Source: Azolla caroliniana
Lineage: Eukaryota; Plantae; Polypodiophyta
Direction: 5' to 3'
DNA length: 64,000 nt
NCBI GenBank assembly: GCA_043228905.1
Contig: JBHGNT010000077.1
Location: forward strand, 1 to 64,000
Under the pieces are notes generated by a model. That model did no database searches. It was not told the DNA's origin and saw nothing but the letters and a program-made list of their open reading frames with translations. Numbering within the stretch: the first letter of the stretch is position 1; every line of letters begins with the position of its first letter. The translations under genes and the position numbers were made by a program. Positions 38,436-52,693 of this stretch are shown piece after piece.

Positions 38436-41400
38436 GCAGGTTTCTCTAATTCCTCATTCATTTGTAACTCTCGATGCCATCCACCTAGGTCCGAAAATTA
38501 GCATATGATAAAAATAATTTGTTTTTTACTTTGATGGACACGTGAGTCTTAGATGAAATTCGTAATCGAGCATTGTAAAATGGGCAAACCTTGTTTGTTA
38601 GATCAAAGAAGTTGATAACTTCTAAGAATACTATATCTCATCTTAGCTATTCAAAAAGCCACTATTCTCCTAGGGTTAGCCAAAATTCCATCCTATTTTA
38701 CGACTATTTGTGGTTAGTTAACATCTTCAAAATAACAATGTTTTGATGTTCTTAGATAGGAAATACGTTTTCTTTGTCAACTGTGCATGAGTTAATGCAT
38801 CCCCCACTTATGCATGTCCTACATAAAGATGCGCAAGTTGACATAAGTCAATTGTATGATTGAGAGTGCAAGTGTATATTTAAGGTCATGTCACATGGTG
38901 AACAAAGACTTAATAACGTCTCAAATAAACATCTTTTAATGTTGACATATAATATTATTGATAAGGTGAGACCCATTTACATAATTGGGCTTTTATGGTA
39001 TGTAAACATTGAGTTTTGTAGTTAAATTGTAGCTTGCTTATCTTCTTTTTACATGAATAATCACATTGGAGAATAAAATTGATAGAAATTAACTATTTGT
39101 ACTCTTATAGTAGACGTCACTCTAGTCAATAGATTTCCATATTGTCTGTAACTTTTCAAACATGACTTGATCTCTAGCCATTTGTTTGAAGTCAAGTTGA
39201 TCTTTTTTTACCTTGGCTCCTTATATCAATATACACGTATTAGCCATAAAGTATACTTAGGTAAATAAGCATGTCCAAATATTCCCAACCAAAATTGGAA
39301 ATCACATGGTGGGAATTGTGAAACAAGGGATCCTATACGAACACAACATTCATGGATCATGTTTGTATGGAAAGAGAGACACTTATTCTCTTTTTATCTC
39401 TAGAGAGCTCTTGTTGCCTTTATGAAATTTTATTTACTTACGCCCCTGAATTCCATCCATCATTATTACCTTTACTCCGAATTTCTATCCACAATGACAA
39501 TCCAATGAATATGTTTTCACCAACTGAAAGAGCCTATTTAATGAACATGTTCATCATGTTATTTAAAATACTTGCTAGGTGGTTCCTTAAGGAAGAGATG
39601 CATCTCAAAGGCGACCTTTCAATAAGCACAAACCTTCTATTTGCTACATTAGCACATGTTATTTTTCGTTTGTTTCTCACATTTTTACTATTCAGGCATA
39701 ATCCGCACATCATGTTCTAGTAAAGAGATTCACCCATCATAGTAGACCTAAAAGGACCTAGAACATTTTTTTGCAATCACCTCATGGTAGATCTATGATT
39801 TTCAATTCTAGTGCTTGAAACATTTTGTAGATCTCCTCGGACTATTAATATGTCCTAAAATGGTTTGGTTCCTTCATTGGTTGTCCATTACAAGCATGTG
39901 TCATATTACTTATTATTTGGGAAACACAAAATACAATAGACAATTAGTTAACATAGAGGCACTATAGAGAAGATGGAGACTTATATTCATAATGGGTAGA
40001 CCGTAGACCTATGATGTGCATTGCAGTAAAGGGAATGATCTAATGGCTCATGTACTCCTAAGTAGGAGATACAAATACGATGAAGTGGCTTATATTAAGA
40101 ATTAAGTGGAAAACTCTTTTTAAGGTTTTGTTATAGCTAAATCGATCTATGCATTAACTACACTTTGTCCATTGATCACACTTGAGAGGCCACGGCCAAT
40201 TGTCATTTGTTTGCACCAACATTCTTCCTCAAGCACTTTATTTGTACCAACCACACCATCTAGTTTTTTTGGATTTTTATTTTAGCTTTTATATGGTGAA
40301 TCTACATTTGGCTAACCATATTTCTACATTTGTCATATGCATATTTCTTCATAGTAGCCTCTTTATCCTATCATGTTAAAGAAAATTTTCATATTAGCCT
40401 CTTTATCCTATCATGTTCTAGGCTTTGAAAAGAGTTTTGAATAATTTTCTATTTACAGAAAATACTCTAACTTCATCTTCTCATTCAAAACAAGTTCTCA
40501 TATTATGTGAAATTGGAAACTAATATGATTGGTATATGGAACATAGATGACAAAGGCAACGTTAATGTAATCCACCAAATATCGATATCGACTAACATTG
40601 TGCACAATTACATCCATCACTGTGATGCACCAAAATGTGAACAACCACAAAATTTAGTGTTGTGCAACATAATAGATTAAATAGGGCATGTGTTATGTTT
40701 ATGTGTCTGTGAGTATGGATGAGTGAGAGAGAGAAAACACACCAAAAGTAAGAACTTAATTAACAATGGAGAACTATTACAATAATAAAAATACTACTAA
40801 TTATTGAATGTTATTTGATTTATAACAGTTATGTAATCAACCTTTGTGCAACAGGGGAGGTTAGCTCTACATTCTCACTATCTTGGTGTACTCCTGCTTA
40901 TAGATATATATAGGGAATTCATCTAAAAAGTTTTGTCCGTGGCCTTCAAACTAAAGAAATCAAATCTTCTGTTCATATTTTTCTCCACATTGATGTAAAC
41001 CGTCACAACCACTAATTCCACCGTAAATGAGCTTGAGTTCTTTTTATTGACCATAGTACAAGCCACTTCTATGAGTTGATAGTTATTTCACTTTGCTACT
41101 CCATTTTGTTGTAGGTATATTTGCGATTTTTTGCATACTCCCCCTCATTAGATGTATGTAGGGACTCAAACTAAAGAAATCAAATCTTTGAGGCAGTATT
41201 TTGGACAATATTATTGTTGTGAAGTATTTACCTGAGGAATAAAAAATTTAATTATAAAAAGTACATATTTTTGACTAGCAATATTTATATTTCAAATGTG
41301 CGATACAAGCAATGGATATTGAATGTGTATGATTCATCCACATTAAACCCTTATAAAGCTATTGAAAAATCAATAGACAAAAATTGAAAGATTTGACATG

Positions 41401-42825
41401 GTACTTTGCATGTACACCATGTGGCAACATGTGAAGAACATGCAAAGTGTGTTTTGAGAGGTATATATACACTCTCAAGCGGAGTATTTAGGGGAAGAAA
41501 AAAGGGTAATTGATAAATTGGGGTCAACAATCTATAGACTACTATTGATCTTCTTTAGAGTCTACTATTGAAAGTTGTGAGGGTTGAATATTTAGGATGT
41601 ATCTCATTCTCGCATTCTAGTGATTTGTTTTGATATCACTATCTTTCTCTCTCACTCCCAATTCCTCTCAATCTACCTATTACATTTTCTTTTCATGACC
41701 CAAGTCTCTCTTTGTTCATACCCCAACAGTTCTAACACAATGATCACAATCTTTAGGACATCTTCGATCTATTTGTGCAACATTTTAATGTCAAATGTGC
41801 CCTTTTATCCTTGGATAAAACATTGTGGATATCAACATATTCCCATCTCTTCTTTCGCGAGAGAATATTTAACCCTCTTTGATCAAGGGGCAATGACTAT
41901 TGAATCAAACATGTATGTGCTTCTCCACTATTTGTCCAACCGATACCAAACTAAAGTTCAAAACTCTCTTCATACATTTCAAAGTCCTGCATCATTCTCG
42001 AAAGAAACATGTTTGATGTGGTGCATTGCGTGTGCAATTTCATAACATGCCTCCACGTAGTTATGGTCACTTGGAATGTCCACAAGTTGAGAAACCATTC
42101 TCTATAATTGTTCATAGGGTTAGTTATGTCTCAATTGAAGAATTCTACATGGTTTTTTATTAGGTTTAGAAATGCCTAAGCTGAAGAATTATACATTGTC
42201 GATTAGTGCTTACTAACATTGACTAAACCCTAAACCCTAAAGTCCATCTATGAAGGGAGAATTAACTTGCTCCAGGGATAGCAAATCTACAATCTTGCCC
42301 CACGGTTCACAGTTACAAGAAGGTTTGGCACCTCAATGTTGGCTCTTTGCCCTATACAATTAGATTGGAATGAGAAAAAATCTGTCCATTTGATTTATCC
42401 TGAATGGTTTAGGGGTAGATCCAATAAAAGACAGTTTTTTAGAGATGCTAACCATAGTCATTCCTTGCTCCAATGAAAATCTTTAGGGTGGAGGCTTGAT
42501 GAATCCCACATCCTACCTAGAGGTTTAGTTGGGTAATTACATGGGTTATTGGTTTCCTAGGTCAAGATACAATCTTGTTTGATGGGGTTCTCATCCCTTT
42601 TCTCTGAGCAAGTGAAGTAGATATAATGTGAGAATGACATGATTGAAGAAACACATACATTCTGTGTTCAAAGAAAGGTGCCCAACTTGCAGTATAGTAG
42701 GAATGATTCCAGCACCTCGAATATATTTTTACAATTACTCAAGCCATCTCGAAATCATTCCACCACATGCGTTAAAATATGCAATGATCATGGAGTTTTT
42801 TTTTCTGTTACAATCTCGATAACAT

Positions 42826-42860
<35 letters not shown>

Positions 42861-43175
42861 CGCCAAACATGTGGAATGTATGTTATGAGTCTTAATGAGG
42901 ATAAATGAAACCAAAGTGATACCCCACATGTAATTCAGTAATGTGGTGGTGCAACCGAAGTGATACCTCACTTCGTGCAAATAATGAGATAAAGAAAACT
43001 CAAGTACATAATAAAAGTCACGAATATGCCCGATAATAGATCACCTTGACATGCTTGGAACATTGGCTGAATGGCAAAAAAATGCAGATGCAAGCAAAAT
43101 CCTATCATTTCGCAAGGAACATTGAATGCTCCCACAGAGTTCTTATTTACGTACTATTATATAGAGTTTAATATA

Positions 43176-43488
43176 GGGAAAAGTACCAGGATACCTCTGG
43201 AAGTTCTTCTATTTACCAGAATGCCCCTGGAAGTTCCAAATTTACCAAACTACCCCTATGTCCAAAAAATTACACTTTATAAAGTAATTATACACTCAAA
43301 TCTACAAGCCCTATTTATCAAAGATGGACGAAATGGACCCGAACTAGCCCTATTTACCAAAGATTTGAGTGTATACTTACTTTATAAAGTGTATTTTTTT
43401 GGATATAGGGGTAATTTGGTAAATTTGGAACTTCCAGAGGCATTCTGGTAAATAGACGAACTTCCAGGGGTATCCTGGTACTTTTCCC
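43176..43488. mobile_element. Mutator-like (MULE) MITE with long TIRs
   Basis: About 135-bp inverted repeats (GGGAAAAGTACCAGGATACC...GGTATCCTGGTACTTTTCCC) surround a short spacer. Flanks are AT-rich and the TSD is degenerate. Confidence 0.88.
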
Positions 43489-44107
43489 TTATATGGTAGT
43501 TTGATAGTTTCCTTGTTTGGAGGGGGTTGCACAATCCATGTATCGAGAGGAGCTCCATGCATTGAGAGTCAAACATGTTCCATTTCTAAACCCATTACTG
43601 ATCAATATGAATAACATATTGCAAACAAATCTTTCTATTCCATGGAGAGTCTTCAATTGGATAATCAATCATCCATGCGCTGGGCCATGAGTGAACATAA
43701 CGCAGCAACTCACTATTGGTCAACTTTGTGAAGGACATTTTCATGATAAATAGAGAACCATTTACTTTACATGATGTTTATATATAAAGCATGAACACTA
43801 CTACCTAATTGTGTCAGTAATATACAAAAAACTTAATGATTGGTATAGAAGAAAGCAATTACCTTCTCTGAAAGGGCAACTCTAGACTCTCAATGTATTT
43901 TCACATTAGATGTTCTAACCTATAATTGAAGCCATATACTTCACATCAGTGCACATTAGCGTCAAACCTTCATTTTTACGATTCTCACCTATAACCCTTC
44001 ATGTTCAACTTTTCATCTGTAACAAAAAAATGGTCAAAACAAAAAATCAAAGAGAACATTATAAGTATTACACCAGACAATTGGGAATGATTCCACACAA
44101 CCCCTGG

Positions 44108-47100
44108 TCATCTTGACCGAGATGCTGAGACCCGCGACGCTGAAAACCAGTGATCATAAACAACTCTTTTCCTTCCCCATTTCCACCAAATTGGTCCTCC
44201 AGCAACATGTTTGCGAGCATGCTTTCCTACAATAAAGAAACCATTTATGATTGTTAAATGCTTATGATAGTGACACCCTTCAGAAGAAGCCGATGCTTTA
44301 TGAGTAAAGGTTTATCAAACCACCTTGCATCCTTTAGTCCACCATTCACTTGTTTGCAATAGATTTTTCCAACAAATTGGCCCCCAAAAACTTTGTTCAA
44401 CCATTGTTGACTGATAAACACGCATGCACAGTTTTCTAAGATGCCTAGGAACTAGTCATAAAATCACAAGAATTTTCATGTAGCTGAGTACTCAGTTCGT
44501 CAAAACCTCAAGTAACAAAGATTCTCTATGTCGATTCCAAAAGATAAAGGTATCAATGAAGATTGAAAAAATTACCCATAGATTAAGGTCATTGATAGAT
44601 GCATAAACACACTGTCTAAAATGATGCATAAATATAATCTTTTTTCATCACTAGAGGCATCCTTTCTAAAGGTTGAAATCATAACTAGAAAATATCTGCT
44701 ACATTTGGAGAGCACTAAAAGAATCAACCATTTACCTTTTACTCTAGATCTGAATTGGGACCTCATTGTCATTATTGATACAGGATCTATCTTCCAATAT
44801 TGTTGTTGAATATGGCAAACCTCCATAACGGCAGCTAGACCCGCAATAGTAGGCTCACAAATTAGTGGAAGAGGACCAGGAGATTCACCCAAAAGCACCT
44901 GAAAGAAGCGGGTTCAATCCAACTGGTTAGAATTTCTGACCATTTCAAATTAGCTCTACTTCTGAAACAAGAGGAAATATTGGATTGGTAGTACTATAGA
45001 CAAATCATTCCAGCATTCAGCATTAATAAACTCCATCCTCTACAACTGTCTTAAAATTTATCAAGATGTTATGTTACTATTTCTTCCACATTACCTTCAA
45101 AACAGCAGCACTTGATGCAGATATCGAACGTAAATTGTACCTGTATCGAAAAAAATTAGCTTCTAAATCGGATATTATTAGAAATCTATAAAAGAAAATT
45201 AAGGTTGCCCCCTAACAGAGAACTTTGCAGGGTCAAAATGGCTTACCCCCCTTCCAAGACTACTAGCAATTTTCCTTGTACAAGTGAATATAACATTTGT
45301 GTCATGTGAGCATATCCCTCTGGTGACACCTGCCGAAAGATAAATTGTGACTTTAAATTTGATGTCCTATAAGTCACTGAGGAATTCCCAGAACGTGTTC
45401 TGCATTTTATTTTTACATTTGGAAGAAAGGTTAACAAAATAAATGGAATTCAGACCTTGCAACCACCTAAAGGATCCCCTTTTGCAGCATCAAATCCTGC
45501 TGAAATAATTATCAGTTCTGGAGCAAACTGTGTGGCTGCATAATAACAAAAATATGCTTATATACTCGAATTACCTTTGAGCTAAAATTAATGTACAAGC
45601 TTGAACACAGTCATCTTATCAGTTTACTTGGAACAGGAGATATTAACATTGCATTATAGACTTTTGCTGCAAGAAACACAAGGTGGCTATAGATTTTGAG
45701 GGAGAATCATTCTCCTATGCGAATTTTCTATATGTACAGAAGGACCCTATCACATGTTATATCCAGCTGTCAGGTCAGCGTTATGAATAATACATCAACA
45801 CAAGAATCATATGAAGAAAAGTATATGATACCTATAGGAACCACTACATGCTGGAAAGCGAAAAAATAATCTTCATCACCAATCCCGCCACAAGGCCAAG
45901 GTATATTTACTGAAAATCCTGCTCCACCATTAATGCCAATCTGAAAAATAGAGAATCAATTTTAACAATTCAAGACAGGTTTGTAAAATAAACTATAATC
46001 CTAAAATATCGTATTTATTAGTATATTTATATTAGGCCTACTTTTTCCAGAGGAACACCTCAGCAACAGAATTAGAACAAAAAAGATATGGCATGACGTG
46101 AATAAGATGAAACTTGTCTCTTCATAGTGTATTTTGAAATGTGTGACAGTAATACAGTTAATGTATAACTCATGAAACTCTGCAATATCTATTTATTAAT
46201 GCATACATGTATGTAAACACGAGGTATACAGGAAGATACATAGTTACAATATGTAGTTAATAGGCAGGTATGTTGATAGGTGTATGCTCAGCTGGAAGTA
46301 CAAGTGGTTCCTAGACCAAAGGCAGCAAGCATTCGAACAGAATGTTGAGCCAATGTGCAAGGATGTGTGCATTGAATCATTTTTTTACCTTACAAAATCA
46401 ATTGTTAGGTTAGGCCCTTGGAACAGAACACGGTCAGTCATAAGTGACAAAGCCATTAAATTTCTTTAAGGAGGTGACAAACCAATCTAAATTGATGAGT
46501 TTCGATCTAATGGAGAGTTTTAGAGTGCTAGAATCTGCAAATGCCATAGCTAATTTGCTCTCTTTCCCAGTACGCCCAAGGAGGGTACCTTAGAAGCTCT
46601 AAGCATAGAAAGCACAATTTGGATATGGTGGAATTGAACAATGTAAAAGGAATTTCACAGTTTCACCCAAAATATGTGAAAAAAGGAGCCTCAAGTATTT
46701 AAATTGTTACACTAAACCACAACATACATAACTATATAATAACATATTGCTTGAAGAGGCTGAGATTATTAACACCAAAATGACACATAAGAACAAAGTA
46801 TGCCCATACTACCCTATTTTGCATTGGAACCATGAAAGGAGCCTCCTCGAGTATTTAAATTGTTACACTAAACCACAACATACATAACTATAACAACATA
46901 TTGCTTAAAGAGTCTGAGATTATTAACACCAAAATGACACATAAGAACAAAGTATGCCCATACTACCCTATTTTGCATTGGACCACGACAAAACTGCATA
47001 AAAATCCTTACTATGATTTTTTCAATTGTCACATTCGTTTAGATTTAATTCAGCCCACATGCAACAGGTTCAGTGATGGGGAACTAAACAATATCGATGT

Positions 47101-50100
47101 GGTAAAGTTGCATATTTTACCACTAAACCACACTTAGTTCGAAAATATACATATAATTTATATTAATCATAAATGATCCCGCATAGTCAGGATTCTCATG
47201 ATTACTTAATGCACTGAACCTATTTTATTTCTAATATGCAGAGCAAGGAGGGATAATGAGCATATCACACCCAATTAAGTCAAAACATGATAATTCCATA
47301 ACACAATTAAAATTCCAATTTTACAGATTGCATTTAAAATGAACATTTTATCAACTGTAGCACAGTCATCAAATCCTCACTTCCATAACAAAATATGCAG
47401 TGTGTAGAAAACTTGCAACATACAAAACAAACAATCTGACTCTTATGGCAGCATAATGAAAAGTATATTCTATAGCCTAAATTACAAATACCTTGAAAAG
47501 AATATTCTATAGCCTAAATTACGAAATACCTCAGTTGCACCTCCTGTACCAGGATAAAAGCGCCCTCCTTCGTACCTATGTAAAGAAATGTATAGTACCT
47601 ACGAGAGCAGTGTAGAATTAAACTACATAGGTGAACGGATTTCTCTTTAAATTATAAATAAGCAACACCACATACAGATGAATCATGGTCAAATATTGCT
47701 TGAGTTCCATTTCCATGGTGCACATCCTACAGAAAATAATAATAAGTTATAGTGGGATTTCCACAAAAGTGTTTACAGCATCATTTTGTTTTCATGCTTA
47801 CCCAGTCCAGAATCATAATTTTCTTAGCACCAGCTGCCAATGCAGCTTTGGCAGCAACTGCTGCATTATTGTGAAGACAGAATCCCATTACAGTGGAATC
47901 CAATGCATGATGGCCTGGTGGTCTCACCTAATACAAAAGGTATCTAATTGTCAACGTTGATTTATCAATAGCCATGACTAAACCCATTATTGCATAACCA
48001 AGTTCAAGATGTAACCAAAGCAAATCCATTGCTGATTTGTCCTTTCAAAATTGCAGTGGCGAGATCAATACATAAGCCTGCTGCAAGTCTGGCTGCTAAA
48101 GCAGAATGACAGTTTGCATATGTGTCTGCAGTGAAAAGACTGAGATAAAGAGTTTAAAAATAAAACAAGAAATAACCATATTAGTAAGGTACCTAAATAA
48201 ATAAATAATGGCCTTCCAAACCCGCCACGGTGTAAACAGATAATCACCTTGCATCATGAGCTGAAGTTGATTCAACTGCATCTATATGATCTTGAGTGTG
48301 AACCTATTATGTATCCAAGAAACAATGAAAAAGATTGCATGAAATGTTTCCAATATGGAACCAATGGGACAATACCTTTTCGAAAATGTTGCCTCTTAAA
48401 ATAAGGAAATGCTGGGGGTAGGATATGCTCAAAAATAAATTAGTTTATAGATAAATACACATATTTAAATAACAAAGAACATCATTTACATTCAAAATGC
48501 AGACAGAAGATAGGGTAATTGAAATTCTTGATTACTTAGGTCATATAGATTGGAAATTTCTAAAATAAGACAGTTTTTCTTTATTTTACAAATGCCCCTT
48601 GGTTTTTGTTATTTTCCTCAATGCTCTTGATCTATCCTCAAAAGAGAAAATATGCATACTGTTTGAAATATTGAATAGTAATTCATCTCTCTTTGTGTTA
48701 GTTGAGCAATTACATTCTAATTTCATTCCCTTCTTCACTTTCAAAGGTTCACATAGGGATTCAGAGAAATAATGAAAATCCAGAGACATTTCAAACTTTT
48801 CCCCTTTATAGATTTGTAGATGGCAGATTTTAGATGTTTATTAATTTATTACTATGACAAATACCAGTTTTCAACTAGGTTTTTATTAATTAAGCGGTTC
48901 ATTTGCCTTTCAGGATCATTCCTGAAATGTCTACCTCTACTGGAAATGCAGAAACTGTGTTTTCAACAGCAGGGGAACTGTTTTCTGCAACTTATACAAG
49001 ATTCATAACTATTTATAGAATATATAATTCACTATCATTCATAGAGAAACATATTGCACTGCACTCACCATTTCCATTTCTGCATGAGTAGCCTCTCTTG
49101 CTGGGACTGGACAACACCGCCCAGGGTATAAACCTAACAGTATTGCATATAATACAAACAACTTTATTTTTGGTATCACTTCCTTTTGGCCTTGGAATGT
49201 TTGCTTTATTTTCTATGTAGCTTACCTGCAGCTTCTAGCCCTCCCATTATGGCACGAAGCCGATCTGGCCTTTCTGGATGAGGATTAGGTTTCATTGTCA
49301 CCTGCAAATTTGATAAATAAATAAAATGTAATTCAAATGCATGGAAAATCGCCACTTTTGCTGGTATGTATAATAATGCATTAGCAACCTCAAAATGAAG
49401 AAGCATTCTCTCATCAAAACCTATTGCTGTTGATGTTCCATCTGTTCAGATGGGATAAGAGAAATCACTGAGTTACAGTTAGCATAAACCCCAAGATGAT
49501 GATAGAACTTAATGAGAGAAGATACCTGGGTCGGTGTACACTCTCTTCTCAACCTTGATATCATCATCTTTTTCTGACAATACCATAGATGCTAAATATC
49601 CCTTCTTCAAAATACCTGATTCTCTGTGCTCTCCACAAAGCTTCAACAATTAAAAACCACGATATCAAAGCTATGTCTAAAAGGGTTCAAACACTAGTCT
49701 ACCAGAAGTCAAAACCACATTGAGCATTGATACCTGAAAATGAAGCTTTTTTAAATATACATACTCTTATTATCGCTAACGGTTTCTTTTAGTAAGTTGA
49801 AAATAAAGAAGACTAGGTAACATTAAAAAAACAAAATTCCCAGGTAACTGAACTTCCGTGGAATCAGTACTAAAACAATTCCCTTTCTTGAATAAAGGGG
49901 ACGTAAAGAAGGGGGTAGCAGGGCCGGTCCGCAAGGAATTGTTATTTCACCTCATTTAATGTCCGACCAATTTACTCTGAATCTCTTATGAACTTCATAT
50001 ACAAGTCTATCAAGTCTAGTGACACTATTTCAAGCACAAATAACTGTTAGGAAAGCGTGTTTTATAGTTACAGACTCTTATAGTCACTGACACCTAACAA

Positions 50101-50790
50101 TGGAGCTTCTGTTTAAAGTCACGTATACTACACTCTCTTACTGCGTTATGCCACTCAACCCTTACTTGTCTACAATAAGCCAAAATCATTTCAAGCATAC
50201 ACATCTCACCAGACCTCCTTTTAAAGTTACACACACAGAATCTAATTTGTTCACAAATTTTACATCACTATAGATACCTGACAATGGATATTCTCCTCCG
50301 AGTTTGAACATGTGCAGTTTGTGCAGAACCACTGCAAACAAATTTGTTCTGAATCTTGGTTTGGATCCCAATCCTCATCATCCTCTGATTCATCTTCCCA
50401 ATCTCCTTCATGTTCATACATAGCCTTGATATCTGAATTAATACTATGACCTCCAACAACAAGTTCCCCGGATCCATTATGCTTTACGAAGCTTTGTTGC
50501 ACATGTTCCTGCCTGAAGTCTGGCTCAAAAGTGAACCCATTCTGGTCATCTGTGAGAACATTACTATCATCGGTTGAAGATATTTTGATATTATCATTGG
50601 TTGAATACATTTTGCTACTATCGTTGGTTGAGCATATTTTGCTACTATCATTAATCAAACACATTTTCCCAACATCGTTACTCGTACATGTTTTAGTTGA
50701 GCATGTTTTGCTCAATCGTTCTAGTCCAAAAGTTTCAAGCAGGATCTCTTTTGCATTCAGAGTGTCAGTATGGACCTCTTTTGTGTTCAT
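44108..50790 (-). CDS. HDA15: Class II histone deacetylase HDA15-like with RanBP2-type zinc finger. Exons about 50790-50278, 49640-49526, 49441-49389, 49301-49226, 49133-49069, 48303-48248, 48139-48016, 47927-47802, 47726-47676, 47598-47530, 45940-45832, 45535-45456, 45329-45247, 45140-45095, 44898-44736, 44226-44108
   Basis: Zinc finger [22 protein letters not shown], then [95 protein letters not shown] and C-terminal [11 protein letters not shown] probable 5' UTR intron spans about 51786-50884. Confidence 0.93.
46682..46982. repeat. Near-identical tandem duplication (about 153 bp) in an HDA15 intron
   Basis: AGTATTTAAATTGTTACACTAAACCACAAC...CCCATACTACCCTATTTTGCATTGGA occurs twice. Confidence 0.9.
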
Positions 50791-52426
50791 AGTATGAATC
50801 AATTCAATATATCGAGACCCAGTGTTCAGGATTTTTTCTTCCCAAATAGGCAGAGATTCCTCTCATGGAAGAAACAATAAAGCCTGAGAGAAAATGTAAC
50901 AAAAGTAAAAAATTAACCATTACATTTAATCTCTTTATAAAAATCTGCATCCACAAGTTCCAAACAACACAACATGATAACATAGCACAAACTTACAAGT
51001 TTCTGTTAGCGACATATATATATATATTTCAGTTGGATTTTATTCCATTTGTAAATGTTTCTCAACAGGAAACAATAAGAGAATAACATACTTTATAAGA
51101 TTCCTATGGCAATTTGTTTCCAACCAACAAGTTGTAAATAATAAGAGATTACAAGAAGTTAACAAATATATTTCCATGGGATTTTTTATTTCTTTACAAA
51201 CATTTTCGATGAGCAAGTTGAAAATAAATAGTAGATAAGTGGAGAATGGCAAAACAAAATTGTAGAAACTTCATATTTTTCAAAGGATTTTATTTTCAAA
51301 AAAATTTCCAATCAAAAATTTGAAAGTAAAAGGAAATAATGAGAAAGTACCACACAGCTACAATAATTTTGACACGCTCCTGTCAGATTTTGTTCCTCTT
51401 TAAAAACAGGCAGTAAATTCAAAATAATAGGAAAGCACAAGAAAACGCCACAAATTTAAGAGAAAAATTACATATGTCTATTGGATTTTTCTCGTTTCAC
51501 AAACATTGCAACACTGCAACTTGAAATGACATGAAACAATCAGAAAATACAACAATCGAGGAACTTTGCAGAAACAGTATGCATATGGGAATTGCATTCT
51601 CCTTTTACGAAAATAATTTCCAGCCAGAAACCTCATAAATTCAACATGAGTTAATAGAGAATGATCGACCCGTTTGGTTTGGTGCAGATCAGACCAAAAC
51701 AGAGCACAATAAACTAAAGGGAACAAAAGGCGGCTTTACAAAAATACGAGAATAAAAGCGAGAAAATAACAAAGCAACTGACATACGAGGAGGATGAGGA
51801 GGAGGAAGAAGAAGAAGAAGAAGAAGAAGCGAATACCCGTGCTTGCAATCGTAATCGTTTCTCCTCGCACAGAAAACTCAAACGCTCGGAGACAGCTGTG
51901 AGACTTCCATTTATAGGCGTGAAGAAATCGTCTGTACAGAGACGCACAGATAGACAAAAAGAGACGGAGAGAACCCCCGGGGGGGAGGGACAAAATACCT
52001 CCCTAATTTTCGATATTTACGAGAATAGCCCTCCCCTCCCCTCCTCTCTTCTTCTTTTCGTTGTTGTGTGGTGGTGGTGCGTTTGGTCACATTTTTCTCC
52101 AAATGTTTCGAGACTTAGGGGTCCTCCCCTCTCTTTTTTTGAGTTCCCCAAGGGGGGGGTGTCAACAATGATCGATGCTCTCCTAATCAATCGCTCAAAT
52201 CCCACGAATGAATTGGAGGTTCAATTTTCAGTAGATCTCATATGAATAATTAACCTCATCTGTCTCCTCCCAAAGAGTAATCTGATCTCTAAGATCCAAT
52301 GTAGTAAAATCGCAAAAGGAGTACAATCTGCTACCATTTCTTAGATGATATCCATCTTCAAGTAGGATGTTGATAAGCACATCAAACTACTCTTGTGCAT
52401 GAAAGCCTTCACAACCTAGACCCATC

Positions 52427-52590
52427 TAGGGATCGGCAACGGCTCGGCTCAAGCCTAAACCGTTTGGCTTAGCCGTCTTAAAGCGGCTTAGCGGCTCGGC
52501 TCGGTTTAGGCTTGAACTTGCCTTAACGGTTTGAGCTCGGCTCGGCTTGGCTTGAGCCTCGCCAAACCGGCTAAGCCGTTTATAAACTTT
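52427..52590 (+). mobile_element. Left end of a hAT-type DNA transposon
   Basis: TAGGGATCGGCAACGGCTCGG shares the ATCGGCAACGG core with the TIR of the MITE at 16325 and is followed by dense GCTCGG/AACCG subterminal motifs. The right TIR is not in the window. Confidence 0.7.
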
Positions 52591-52640
52591 AGAGAGTGGG
52601 AGAGAAAGAAAGAGAGAGAGGGAAATAGACAACAGACAAG

Positions 52641-52693
<53 letters not shown>

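Noticed and set aside
39352-42045. ORFs 39352-39720 and 41620-42045
   Set aside because: AT-rich, with no recognisable motifs or splice structure. Probably chance ORFs or decayed TE sequence.
8788-50790. Functional gene cluster (PPR, MRS2, OSCP, ALKBH9, HDA15)
   Set aside because: No shared pathway or co-regulation is evident. It looks like an ordinary gene-dense neighbourhood.
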